From assembly GCA_965217895.1 (NCBI GenBank), contig CBDCJV010000002.1, forward strand, positions 4,352,001 through 4,416,000: DNA of 64,000 nucleotides, in the 5' to 3' direction. A program made the position numbers and the translations under genes. The stretch comes from Waterburya sp. (GTDB lineage Bacteria > Cyanobacteriota > Cyanobacteriia > Cyanobacteriales > Xenococcaceae). The notes under the pieces are model-generated. The model did not search any database and was not told the origin of the DNA. It was given only the letters and a program-made list of their open reading frames with translations. This document shows, piece by piece, positions 9,536 through 18,853 of this stretch (position 1 is its first letter; every line of letters starts with the position of its first letter).

Positions 9536-10327
9536 ATGTGTCGATTATTAGGCTATTTAGGTTCATCGATTCAGTTAGACCGTATATTAATTCAGCCACA
9601 GCATTCTTTAATTGTCCAAAGCTATCAGCCCCGTGAAATGACTGCGGGGTTATTAAACGCTGATGGTTTTGGCATAGGCTGGTACAACCAATCAAAACAA
9701 AATCAACCATACATTTATAAAAACATCTTACCTATTTGGAATGATGCTAATTTACCCCAACTGGCAAACTACATCGAATCTAAATGTTACTTAGGATATG
9801 TGCGGAGTGCGACTTCTAATCTTTCGGTAGATATGATTAACTGCCAGCCTTTTAACCATCAAAATCTTTTGTTTGTTCACAATGGCTTTATCGATCATTT
9901 TCGCAAAACCCTTTATCGACCTATCCGCAATAGCCTAGACGATTTTGCCTATCAACGTATTGAAGGCACTACAGATTCTGAACATATTTTTGCCCTGGTA
10001 GTTAATGAGCTAGACAATAACCAAAACACCACCCTCCAAGAGGCTTTAACTAATACTATTACTCATTTAGCAAAACTAGCTCAACCAGATGAAATATGCT
10101 TTTCTGCCAACATAATTTTGAGTAATGGCAAAGAATTAGCAGCCTGTCGCTATTCTAACCGTGAGGCTAGTCCTAGCTTATACTATATAAAAAACGATTC
10201 AGTTTATGCAGAAGCAGTAATTATCGCCTCAGAGCCTATGTTTGAGGGTAATTGGATTAGCTGCCCAGAACACAGCATTATTGGTGTAGGAGAAAATCTT
10301 GAAATTAGCCTCAATTCCCTTTCATAA
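9536..10327 (+). CDS. egtC: ergothioneine biosynthesis protein EgtC (class II glutamine amidotransferase fold)
   Basis: N-terminal MCRLLGY, NADGFGIGWY, VRSAT, NCQPF, HNG, GTTDSE, IASEP. Adjacent to egtB. Confidence 0.9.
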   Translation: MCRLLGYLGSSIQLDRILIQPQHSLIVQSYQPREMTAGLLNADGFGIGWYNQSKQNQPYIYKNILPIWNDANLPQLANYIESKCYLGYVRSATSNLSVDMINCQPFNHQNLLFVHNGFIDHFRKTLYRPIRNSLDDFAYQRIEGTTDSEHIFALVVNELDNNQNTTLQEALTNTITHLAKLAQPDEICFSANIILSNGKELAACRYSNREASPSLYYIKNDSVYAEAVIIASEPMFEGNWISCPEHSIIGVGENLEISLNSLS

Positions 10328-11522
10328 GCAAGCGATCGCTTTAGCACTATTAAAGACTCGTCAGAATACCTTAGATCTGCTGTCCACAATCGATCATTCT
10401 TTCTTTTCTCATCAGGCTCATCCAGGGTTTAGTCCTATTGGCTGGCACTTTGGTCATATAGCTTTTACTGAAGCCTACTGGATTTTAGAATACCTTGGCG
10501 GATATGCTCCTTTATTTCCTGAGTACCAACGTTTATTCTCTGCCGATGGACTACCAAAACAAGAGCGTCAGCATCTACCTAGCATGATGGTCATTCAAGA
10601 CTATTTGCAAGCTGTTAGAGCCAGAGTATTTGACTATTTAAAAACTGCCCCCGTAGCCAAACAAGAGCGTCTTTGGCGGTGGTTAATTCAGCACGAAAGC
10701 CAACACAGCGAGACTATCACGTTTATCTGGCAACTGCATCAGCAAACCCACGACTTGCGCCACAACATAATTAATTTTAGTCACTCAACCTCCCAATTTG
10801 GCTCTCAAAGCTTGACTAACGAGATGGCTAAATTAGACGCAATGGTCAAAGTTAAAGCGGGGGAGTTTGTTATGGGTAGTAACGCTATTCAAGCTCTAGA
10901 CAATGAATGTCCTGCTCATTTGATACACCTAGATGACTACTGGATTGATCGCTATCCTGTAACCTGTGGGCAATACTATCAATTCATAGCTGCGGGAGGA
11001 TATCAAAAGCGTCATTATTGGAGCGATCGAGGTTGGCAATGGCTACAGCAAAACCCCGTTTCTCAGCCTTTATTTTGGTCAGATAACCTGGATTGGATCG
11101 ATCATCCTGTATGTGGGGTTAGCTGTTACGAAGCCGAAGCCTATGCCAAGTTTATGGAGAAAAGACTACCTACGGAGGTAGAATGGGAAAAAGCAGCAGC
11201 AGGAGCATCTCTCAACTCAAATCATCACCGTGTAATTGGACATACTAGCTCGGTAGATGCTTATCCAGATTCAAGTAAATATGGCTGTCGAGATATGCTG
11301 GGTAATGTTTGGGAGTGGACTGCTTCTTGGTTTGCTGCCTATCCAGACTTTAGTAATTATCCTTATCCTGGTTATTCAGAAGCTTATTTTGACAATCAAC
11401 ACCGAGTATTGCGGGGTGGCAGTTGGGCTACTAATAGTTCAGTGTTGAGAACTACTTTTCGCAATTGGTATCATCCAGAGGTAAGACAGATTTTTGCTGG
11501 ATTTAGATGTGTCAAAGATTAA
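10299..11522 (+). CDS. egtB: ergothioneine sulfoxide synthase EgtB (DinB + FGE-sulfatase domains)
   Basis: FSPIGWHFGH and QHESQH iron-ligand His motifs. RLPTEVEWEKAA, DMLGNVWEW, VLRGGSW, FRNWY, GFRC. Confidence 0.85.
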   Translation: MKLASIPFHKQAIALALLKTRQNTLDLLSTIDHSFFSHQAHPGFSPIGWHFGHIAFTEAYWILEYLGGYAPLFPEYQRLFSADGLPKQERQHLPSMMVIQDYLQAVRARVFDYLKTAPVAKQERLWRWLIQHESQHSETITFIWQLHQQTHDLRHNIINFSHSTSQFGSQSLTNEMAKLDAMVKVKAGEFVMGSNAIQALDNECPAHLIHLDDYWIDRYPVTCGQYYQFIAAGGYQKRHYWSDRGWQWLQQNPVSQPLFWSDNLDWIDHPVCGVSCYEAEAYAKFMEKRLPTEVEWEKAAAGASLNSNHHRVIGHTSSVDAYPDSSKYGCRDMLGNVWEWTASWFAAYPDFSNYPYPGYSEAYFDNQHRVLRGGSWATNSSVLRTTFRNWYHPEVRQIFAGFRCVKD

Positions 11523-11574
11523 TCTCTGCTTTTTCAGACTTCTACCCCTATTAAGGTGAGCATTAATATAATTT

Positions 11575-12858
11575 ATGAATCAAGAACTGGAATTACTGCT
11601 TCAGTTGGCATCCCGTCAAGGAGCAAGTCATGCAGAAGTTTATCAGGTGACATCTCAATCCCAGCCAGTATTTTTTGAGGGGAATCGTCTCAAGCAGCTA
11701 GAAAGTTCTCAATCTATAGGTACAGCTTTAAGACTATGGCATGACAATAAGCCAGGTTTAGCGGTGGCTTATGGCAACCTTGAGCCAGAATTGTTAGTCA
11801 GTAAAGCGATCGCTTTATCAAACCTTAACCAACCTGAAACTATAGAATTAGCACCCCCTAGAAAGGCAATTCACGATTCGACAGGCGTGCAGGCAAGCGT
11901 AACTGAATTAATAGAACTGGGCAATCAAACAATCGAAAGGCTACGGGAAGAATATCCTGAGTTAGTTTGTTCTGCCGAGCTTGAATCAGAGCAGGAAACT
12001 ACTACCCTAATTAACTCTCAGGGATTACACTGTCACTATAAAGAATCTGGTTTAAGCTACTATATTGGCGCGGAGCTAGTGCGTGGTGAAGACTTTTTGA
12101 GCGTCTATGACGGAGAATACACCAAAGAGAAACTACATCCTGATTTAGCGATTGAGCAAATTGTCAAACGTCTTGATTGGGCAAAGCGCAACGTTGCGAC
12201 CCCTCAAGGCATTGTACCAGTATTACTCACGGCTAATGCTGCTAATTTGCTTTGGGATACTGTTTCATCGGCTTTAAACGGCAAAAGAGTCAAAGAAAAC
12301 TCATCTCCCTGGAGTAGCCAGCGTCAGCAATTAGTTGTCTCAAAATCAATTAGTCTTTCTCAACAGCCAGATCTAAAACCCTATGACTGTCCTTTTGACG
12401 ATGAAGGAATGCCAACTCAAAAACTGGAGCTTATTTCTCAAGGAATAGTCAATCAGTTTTATAGCGATCGCACTATTGCTAGAGAATTAAATCTTCAACC
12501 AACAGGAAACGGTTTTCGCTCTGATTTGGATAGCTATCCTAGTCCTACCTTAGTAAATCTTATTGTTACTCCAGGTGATAGCTCATTTTCAGAATTAATC
12601 GCCAAATTAGATAATGGCATTATTGTCGATCAAATGCTTGGCGGTGGTGCAGATATTAGTGGCGACTTTTGCGTTAGTCTAGATCTAGGCTATCGAGTTG
12701 AAAATGGCAGGATAACTGGTCGAGTAAAAGATACGGCAATCTCAGGCAATGTCTATCAAATCTTACAAGAGGTAGTTGCTTTGGGCAATGATTCTGTTTG
12801 GAATGGTTCTTGTTTTACGCCTTCATTGATAGTAGAGGGAATTTCAGTTACAGGTTAA
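11575..12858 (+). CDS. TldD/PmbA family protein (PmbA/TldE-like)
   Basis: PFDDEG motif, TGNGFR, C-terminal G.VKDT.ISGNVY. No HExxGH seen. Confidence 0.88.
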   Translation: MNQELELLLQLASRQGASHAEVYQVTSQSQPVFFEGNRLKQLESSQSIGTALRLWHDNKPGLAVAYGNLEPELLVSKAIALSNLNQPETIELAPPRKAIHDSTGVQASVTELIELGNQTIERLREEYPELVCSAELESEQETTTLINSQGLHCHYKESGLSYYIGAELVRGEDFLSVYDGEYTKEKLHPDLAIEQIVKRLDWAKRNVATPQGIVPVLLTANAANLLWDTVSSALNGKRVKENSSPWSSQRQQLVVSKSISLSQQPDLKPYDCPFDDEGMPTQKLELISQGIVNQFYSDRTIARELNLQPTGNGFRSDLDSYPSPTLVNLIVTPGDSSFSELIAKLDNGIIVDQMLGGGADISGDFCVSLDLGYRVENGRITGRVKDTAISGNVYQILQEVVALGNDSVWNGSCFTPSLIVEGISVTG

Positions 12859-12888
12859 TTTTTTAGAACAGACTTCTTGTGCAAATCG

Positions 12889-13824
12889 TTATTGGCCAAT
12901 TCGCTCTGTTTGGTGAAAACATTGGAAATCTATATAATGTTGCCCTTCAACTTCATGGAAAATATTTACAAAATTATGATTCCATAAAATCTCATTAGCA
13001 CTATAGGTATGGGTTGTATGAAGCGCGTGATAGACGGTTTGATCGATTCCATTTAAAGAAACAATCAGCATCGCTCTGGTTTTGGCTAAAGATTCTGGGG
13101 TGGCTTGCCATAAAGGACTGGTTTCATCAATTGGGTGCATAATAGTCCAGCTTAGGGTAAACCTTGGGGTTTGATTTCTTAGCAACTTTAATAAATAAAA
13201 CCGACGCATAAATTCCCCTTCAGAAGTTATTTCATCTCGCATCAAATAAACTCGAACCTGAGCCTCTAATATTTGATTATGTCGTTGGTTAGCAGTTCGC
13301 ATCGTTAGAGTAGGTATACCATTATGGGCGTTAACAATGGCTACTTTGCTAAATATCACCCTAGCGGTAGGTCGGGAAAACTTAGCAAAAACTAATCCTG
13401 TCATTACAGCAATACTAATAATTCCCACCCAAGCTTCTATGGTTACTAATATATCTGCGTAGAAGGTATTAGGATACATTGCCCCATAACCGAGAGAAGC
13501 CAGCGTTTGGACGCTAAAGAAAAAGGCATCACCAAATGAGCCAGAATCAGCGTTGGCAATACAGTCACCTCCCAATAGATAACTCAGAGCAAAAAGGGCA
13601 TTAACTCCACAGTAAGCGATCGCGCTCAATAAAAAAAAGATCCACCAAGGTACAGTCAGCATTAGGTAATAAGGCTCTCGCCAATAACTATGCCAGCTAT
13701 CTACACCAGGAATGTCAAAGCGTCCATCACGAAAGTCGATTGGGAATTTTGGAGGACGACGACTAGATATACGTTTGTTTTTAACGATACGTTTCTTGCG
13801 TCTGGGGTTTGGTGGGGGCAACAT
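12889..13824 (-). CDS. inward rectifier potassium channel (KirBac-like)
   Basis: FFFSVQTLASLGYG pore, TGLVFAKFSRP, FSKVA, PTL..R.AN.R.NQI, SWTIMHPIDETSPL. Confidence 0.92.
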   Translation of the reverse strand: MLPPPNPRRKKRIVKNKRISSRRPPKFPIDFRDGRFDIPGVDSWHSYWREPYYLMLTVPWWIFFLLSAIAYCGVNALFALSYLLGGDCIANADSGSFGDAFFFSVQTLASLGYGAMYPNTFYADILVTIEAWVGIISIAVMTGLVFAKFSRPTARVIFSKVAIVNAHNGIPTLTMRTANQRHNQILEAQVRVYLMRDEITSEGEFMRRFYLLKLLRNQTPRFTLSWTIMHPIDETSPLWQATPESLAKTRAMLIVSLNGIDQTVYHALHTTHTYSANEILWNHNFVNIFHEVEGQHYIDFQCFHQTERIGQ

Positions 13825-13935
13825 ACATTAAATCGGTGCAAGTTTGCTAAATTCTTTTTAGCTTAGTTTGGTTAAAAGATAAAATATAAAATAAGTAGCC
13901 AGAAACTTTTAAAATGAATAAGCTACTCATAATAT

Positions 13936-14022
13936 TAGGCTTCTTGCATAAACAAACTACTAACGCTTTTTACCTTTTACCTCCTGATAAGGTAATTAAC
14001 CATAATTTGTGCCAGAAATCTA
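13936..14022. repeat. degenerate MITE-like inverted repeat
   Basis: TAGGCTTCTTGCATAA (13936) ... TTGTGCCAGAAATCTA (ends 14022), 12/16 complementary. Related single end TAGACCTTTTGCATGAA near 14626. Confidence 0.4.
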
Positions 14023-14066
14023 GCAACTACAAGACTGCATTGGCGTTTATTTAAAAATTAAAATAA

Positions 14067-14477
14067 ATGAAATTTAATTTTTCCTATACCAGACTGTATG
14101 TAAACGATTACGATACCTGCTTACAATTTTATCGAGATGTATTGGGGTTAGAGGCTGTTTTTATATCTCAGGTCGATCGCTATGTCGAATTGACTAACGG
14201 TAAAACTAAACTTACTATTATGTGTCGTAGTAAGCTCAAAGAATACTTTGGCAAGCAAACCTCTGTTTCTTTTGGACAAAAAGACGATGCGATCGCCATA
14301 AGCTTTAGCGTTAAGGACATAGATGAAGCCGTGAAGTATTTAGAGAGTAAAAATGTAGAAATTGTCTCTGTACCTTGGAACTTTGCCGATTGGGGTGTAA
14401 AGCTTGCTTTAGTAAGAGATCCTGAAGGAAATTTAATTGAGTTAGTTCAACCTGGGGAAATGGTTGGTGCTGAGTAA
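14067..14477 (+). CDS. VOC/glyoxalase family protein
   Basis: RLYV.D.....FYRDVLG, F.V.DID, WG......RDPEGNLIEL. Confidence 0.9.
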   Translation: MKFNFSYTRLYVNDYDTCLQFYRDVLGLEAVFISQVDRYVELTNGKTKLTIMCRSKLKEYFGKQTSVSFGQKDDAIAISFSVKDIDEAVKYLESKNVEIVSVPWNFADWGVKLALVRDPEGNLIELVQPGEMVGAE

Positions 14478-14497
14478 AATTAGAGTTTGTCAAAACA

Positions 14498-14533
14498 ACA
14501 GTTAGGACAGTTAAGCAGTTAGAACAGTTAGAA
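14498..14533 (+). repeat. short tandem repeat (CAGTTA-core, 9-mer x4)
   Basis: acagttagg acagttaag cagttagaa cagttagaa. Confidence 0.6.
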
Positions 14534-14874
14534 AAGCGACCCCCTAAAGGGCTTCGATAGCTGTTGTTTCGTTAATAATTAAATTTTGAATGTAGCTATT
14601 CATTCAAAAGTGTTTTTTTAGTTATTAGACCTTTTGCATGAATCAGGCGATCGCTAAATCTATAGCAATTCTCAAATCAATGAGGTACATCAGCTAAGTT
14701 CTGGAAAAAAGCGCAAAACCTTTCCCGTCGTTACAACCTACGGTGTAATTTGATTGCATCATTATTTAACTACAAGTTTAATGATAAAAATTGATAAGTC
14801 TGCGGGAAGAATAGCAATAGATCGACATTTGCCGAAATTCATCTGACAAATATTAACTTATATAAATCACTACA

Positions 14875-16689
14875 ATGCGTCAATTTATCAAACAGACTTT
14901 TGCTAGCACTCTTGGTAGCATGATTGGCTTATTTCTTTTTATTACTCTGGGTGCAGGCGGATTAGTTTTTATTTTCTTGACCGTAGTTGCTAAAGATGAA
15001 AATTCCCCAGGAATTAAAGATAAGTCAATATTAGTTTTCGATCTATCAACCCAATTGAGAGATTCAAAACCTCCTGTTAACATAGCTCAGGCTTTTTCTA
15101 GCAAGGATCAAGATACTATTACCCTGCGTCGAGTGCTGCAATCAATAGACCAGGCAACTAAAGATGATCGCATTGTCGCTTTATTGTTGGATGGTAGAAA
15201 AGGGAGCAGTCTTAGTGGTTATGCCACCATCGAAGAAGTGAGAGCAGCTTTAAATAAGTTTAAGGCTGCGGGTAAAAAAATTATTGCTTACGATGTAACC
15301 TTAAGCGAGCAAGAATATTATTTGTCCTCTCTGGCTGATGAAGTGATTGTCAATCCTATGGGCATGATGGAACTAAATGGTCTAAGTTCCCAGCAAATGT
15401 TTTTCAAAGGCGCGTTGGACAAATATGGCGTAGGCGTGCAGGTAATTCGAGTTGGTAATTATAAATCTGCGGTTGAACCTTATATTCGTAACAATCTTAG
15501 TGAAGCAAATCGAGAACAAACTAAAGTCTTATTAACAGATTTGTGGTCTAAGTTCTTAAACACCATAGCTGACAGTAGAAGTTTAAACGCAGCTAAATTA
15601 CAAAAAGTTGTTAACCAGCAAGGATATCTTGAGCCTGAAGAAGCTAAAAAAATCGGCTTGATTGATCGGGTAGGTTATTACGACAATGTAGCCTCCAAGC
15701 TGCGAGAATTTACAGGTGAAACTAAAGAGACTGAGAAAGAAGAAAGCTTTAGACAGGTTGAGCTTAGTGAGTATGCCGATCGCACTATCCGCCCGAATGA
15801 AGCCACTTCTAATGCTGGGCAAAAAATTGCCGTAGTTTATGCAGAAGGGACAATTGTTGATGGAGAAGGTAGCATTGAAACCATTGGTGGCGATCGCTTT
15901 GCCGAAGAATTTCGTGAACTTAGAGAAGACAATAGCGTCAAGGCGATCGTTTTGCGGGTAAATAGTCCTGGTGGTGGGGCGACAGCTTCAGATGTAATTT
16001 TACGAGAAATACTGCTAACTAAAGAGAAAAAGCCCGTCATCGTCTCTATGGGTAATGTGGCTGCTTCTGGAGGCTACTGGATTGCTGCGGGCGCAGATGA
16101 AATATTTGCTGAAGAAAATACCATTACAGGGTCAATTGGGGTTTTTGGCTTGTTGTCTAATATTCAAGAAATTGCGAACAAAAATGGTGTTACTTGGGAC
16201 GTGGTTAAAACAGGCAAATTTGCCGATATTGATTCGACTGTGCGACCCAAAACTAAGGCAGAGCTTGCTATTTATCAAAAATCTGTCAATAGAACCTATC
16301 AACTCTTTGTGAACAAAGTAGCCAGCTATCGTCATCTTCCCGAAAAGAAAGTTAACCAGATTGCTCAAGGTAGGGTATGGTCAGGAAAAGAAGCGGTAAA
16401 AATGGGCTTAGTAGATCGGATTGGTGGCTTAGAAAGTGCGATCGCCTATGCTGCTAAAGAGGCTAAATTAGGCACCAATTGGCAGTTAGAAGAATATCCC
16501 CAGCAGAATCCTTTTGAAACGGAAATATTCCAACGTTTGTTTGCTGTGAAATCTTTCCAACCCCAAAGAACAATCGACCCACTGACTGCTGAATTATTAA
16601 AAATAAGACAACAATTATCACTCTTAGAAGGATTTAACGATCCTAGAGGTGTTTATGCCCGCTTACCTTTTAATTTTGAAATTGATTAA
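14875..16689 (+). CDS. sppA: signal peptide peptidase SppA (67K type, protease IV)
   Basis: G.YKSAVEPY, LRVNSPGG, VSMGNVAASGGYW, TITGSIGV, AQGRVWSG. Confidence 0.95.
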   Translation: MRQFIKQTFASTLGSMIGLFLFITLGAGGLVFIFLTVVAKDENSPGIKDKSILVFDLSTQLRDSKPPVNIAQAFSSKDQDTITLRRVLQSIDQATKDDRIVALLLDGRKGSSLSGYATIEEVRAALNKFKAAGKKIIAYDVTLSEQEYYLSSLADEVIVNPMGMMELNGLSSQQMFFKGALDKYGVGVQVIRVGNYKSAVEPYIRNNLSEANREQTKVLLTDLWSKFLNTIADSRSLNAAKLQKVVNQQGYLEPEEAKKIGLIDRVGYYDNVASKLREFTGETKETEKEESFRQVELSEYADRTIRPNEATSNAGQKIAVVYAEGTIVDGEGSIETIGGDRFAEEFRELREDNSVKAIVLRVNSPGGGATASDVILREILLTKEKKPVIVSMGNVAASGGYWIAAGADEIFAEENTITGSIGVFGLLSNIQEIANKNGVTWDVVKTGKFADIDSTVRPKTKAELAIYQKSVNRTYQLFVNKVASYRHLPEKKVNQIAQGRVWSGKEAVKMGLVDRIGGLESAIAYAAKEAKLGTNWQLEEYPQQNPFETEIFQRLFAVKSFQPQRTIDPLTAELLKIRQQLSLLEGFNDPRGVYARLPFNFEID

Positions 16690-16704
16690 CTAGTATTAGT
16701 AGTT

Positions 16705-17451
16705 TTACAGGTTTTTAACAGTCTCGTTTGAGGTAGAGTCCTCAAAGTTTTGTGAGATAGCCCAAGCTGTATTGATTAGCTGCATCGCTTTTTCTGAGCC
16801 ATCCAAATCTGGATGATATTTAAAGCTCATTTTAAGATACGAGGAACGTCCAAAAAGCGAAAAGGCTACTGCATACCAAATTAAATCTAAACCATCGACA
16901 ATATAATTTTGATAGGTTTTATATTCTTCTAGGTTACGAGCTACTAGCTGCTGATACATCTTTTCGGCATTAGGTAATGCTTGCCTAATTTGATCGATGG
17001 AAATTGAGTAATCAGCGTAGCTATTGGGGTTATCGGGAATTTCTGAAACAATCGCATATTCATCTAAATTAATTAGAGCTTGATTGAGAGCCTTTTTGTG
17101 ATTGTCCTCAACTGAGATATTAGAAACAGAAGAATATAAAGTATTTAATAAATCTTGATTACCCTGACATTCGGCGTGGAGTTCTAAAAACTCTTGGGAT
17201 AAACTAGCGATGCGTTCTAATTTATTTAGTTTAGGTCTTAATTCCTCAGCTTGAGTATGCAGCCTTAAAGCCTCTCCATCAAGCTGATTACGAAGCTGTT
17301 GTTTTTGCTGTAGCTTGGTTTCCAACTCGACTATATGTTGATTAACCTTTACTTGTTCTTGCTGATTAGCTTTTTCTTTTAGCTCAATCTGCTCTAACTG
17401 AGACTTTATTTGAGCAACAGTTTCCATTATATTCATAATTTTTATAATCAA
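16705..17451 (-). CDS. coiled-coil protein with C-terminal J-domain-like HPD motif
   Basis: Q/E/K/L-rich heptads in the N-terminal half. C-terminal YLKMSFKYHPDLDGSEKAMQLINTAW. True start may be an ATG a few codons in. Confidence 0.6.
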   Translation of the reverse strand: MIIKIMNIMETVAQIKSQLEQIELKEKANQQEQVKVNQHIVELETKLQQKQQLRNQLDGEALRLHTQAEELRPKLNKLERIASLSQEFLELHAECQGNQDLLNTLYSSVSNISVEDNHKKALNQALINLDEYAIVSEIPDNPNSYADYSISIDQIRQALPNAEKMYQQLVARNLEEYKTYQNYIVDGLDLIWYAVAFSLFGRSSYLKMSFKYHPDLDGSEKAMQLINTAWAISQNFEDSTSNETVKNL

Positions 17452-17574
17452 TTATATTTAGCTATTAATCGATAATTATTAATTTTAGTTAGCTGAAAAT
17501 TGCTATAGCCTATATCAGTTATAGCTTTTAAATTATGACATTAGATTTAGGTAAGGGCGAATGGCGATTCACTG

Positions 17575-18753
17575 TTATTTTAGAGTAGCAATCGAGATTT
17601 GGGCATCTAAAATTGCTTGTCTTGCCCAGCGATCGGCAGCTAAAATAGCATCTAAGTTAGGTTGAGCAGTGTTTTGAGTACTAAAGCGATCGCAAACTTG
17701 CTCAATTAAACGAGGAATATCCAAAAAATCAATTTTCTCGCTCAAAAATAACGCCACCGCCTGTTCATTGGCTGCATTCAAAACCGCAGGCATTAATCCT
17801 CCCGCTCTTCCGGCTGCATAAGCAAGCTGCATACAGGGATATTTTTGGTGATCTGGCTCACGAAAAGTCAAGTCCCCTGCTTTAACTAAGTCTAACTGCT
17901 CCCATTCGGTAGAGATTCTTTCTGGCCAAGATAGAGCATAAAGTAAAGGTAAACGCATATCAGCCCAACCCAACTGCGCTAAGACAGAAGTGTCCTGAAC
18001 TTCAACTAGAGAATGGATGATACTCTGGGGATGAATAACAATATCAATGCGATCGTAATCAACGTCAAATAAATAATGCGCCTCGATTACCTCCAAGCCC
18101 TTATTCATCAGCGTTGCTGAATCAATCGTAATTTTTTGTCCCATTGACCAGTTAGGGTGCTTCAGGGCATCTTTAACCGTCACTGAGGCTAATTTCTCGA
18201 CAGGCAAATCTCGAAAAGCTCCCCCAGAAGCGGTCAAAATAATGCGTCGTAAACCTCCTTCGGGAATACCCTGGAGACATTGAAAAATTGCCGAATGTTC
18301 TGAATCAGCAGGAAGTAGCTTGACCTGATGTTTTTTGACTAAAGGTAAGACTACAGGCGCACCTGCAATCAAAGTTTCTTTGTTAGCTAAAGCAATATCT
18401 TTTCCTGCTTCGATAGCTGCAATGGTGGGTAATAAACCCGCACAGCCGACGATGCCTGTAACTACGCTTTGAGCATCGCCATAGCGAGCGACTTCACAAA
18501 TACCTTCTTGACCAACTAATATCTGAGGCTTATTGGGCAAAAAAGCGATCGCCTCTTTTAGTCGAGCTAACTTTTTTTCATTGCCCAAAGCAACTATTTC
18601 TGGCTGAAATTTACTAATTTGTTCAGCTAAAAGAGCAATATTACTCCCTGCTGCTAAACCCACCACCCGAAATTTATCAGGATTATCAGTAACAATATCC
18701 AGGGTTTGCGTGCCAATAGAGCCAGTAGACCCCAAAATAGTAATTGCCTTCAT
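17575..18753 (-). CDS. dxr: 1-deoxy-D-xylulose-5-phosphate reductoisomerase
   Basis: [57 protein letters not shown]. Confidence 0.98.
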   Translation of the reverse strand: MKAITILGSTGSIGTQTLDIVTDNPDKFRVVGLAAGSNIALLAEQISKFQPEIVALGNEKKLARLKEAIAFLPNKPQILVGQEGICEVARYGDAQSVVTGIVGCAGLLPTIAAIEAGKDIALANKETLIAGAPVVLPLVKKHQVKLLPADSEHSAIFQCLQGIPEGGLRRIILTASGGAFRDLPVEKLASVTVKDALKHPNWSMGQKITIDSATLMNKGLEVIEAHYLFDVDYDRIDIVIHPQSIIHSLVEVQDTSVLAQLGWADMRLPLLYALSWPERISTEWEQLDLVKAGDLTFREPDHQKYPCMQLAYAAGRAGGLMPAVLNAANEQAVALFLSEKIDFLDIPRLIEQVCDRFSTQNTAQPNLDAILAADRWARQAILDAQISIATLK

Positions 18754-18853
18754 GATTTTTATATAGCGACTTAATATCTATCATCACTATATGTTCTTGA
18801 GTGGGCTGAAGTTAAGATTTTTTTAGATAAGTCCTCATAACAATGTTTCAGAT

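Noticed and set aside
10299..11522. Selenoneine synthase SenA or ovothiol synthase OvoA
   Set aside because: There is no adjacent SenB/SelD and no C-terminal methyltransferase domain. Linkage to egtC favours EgtB.
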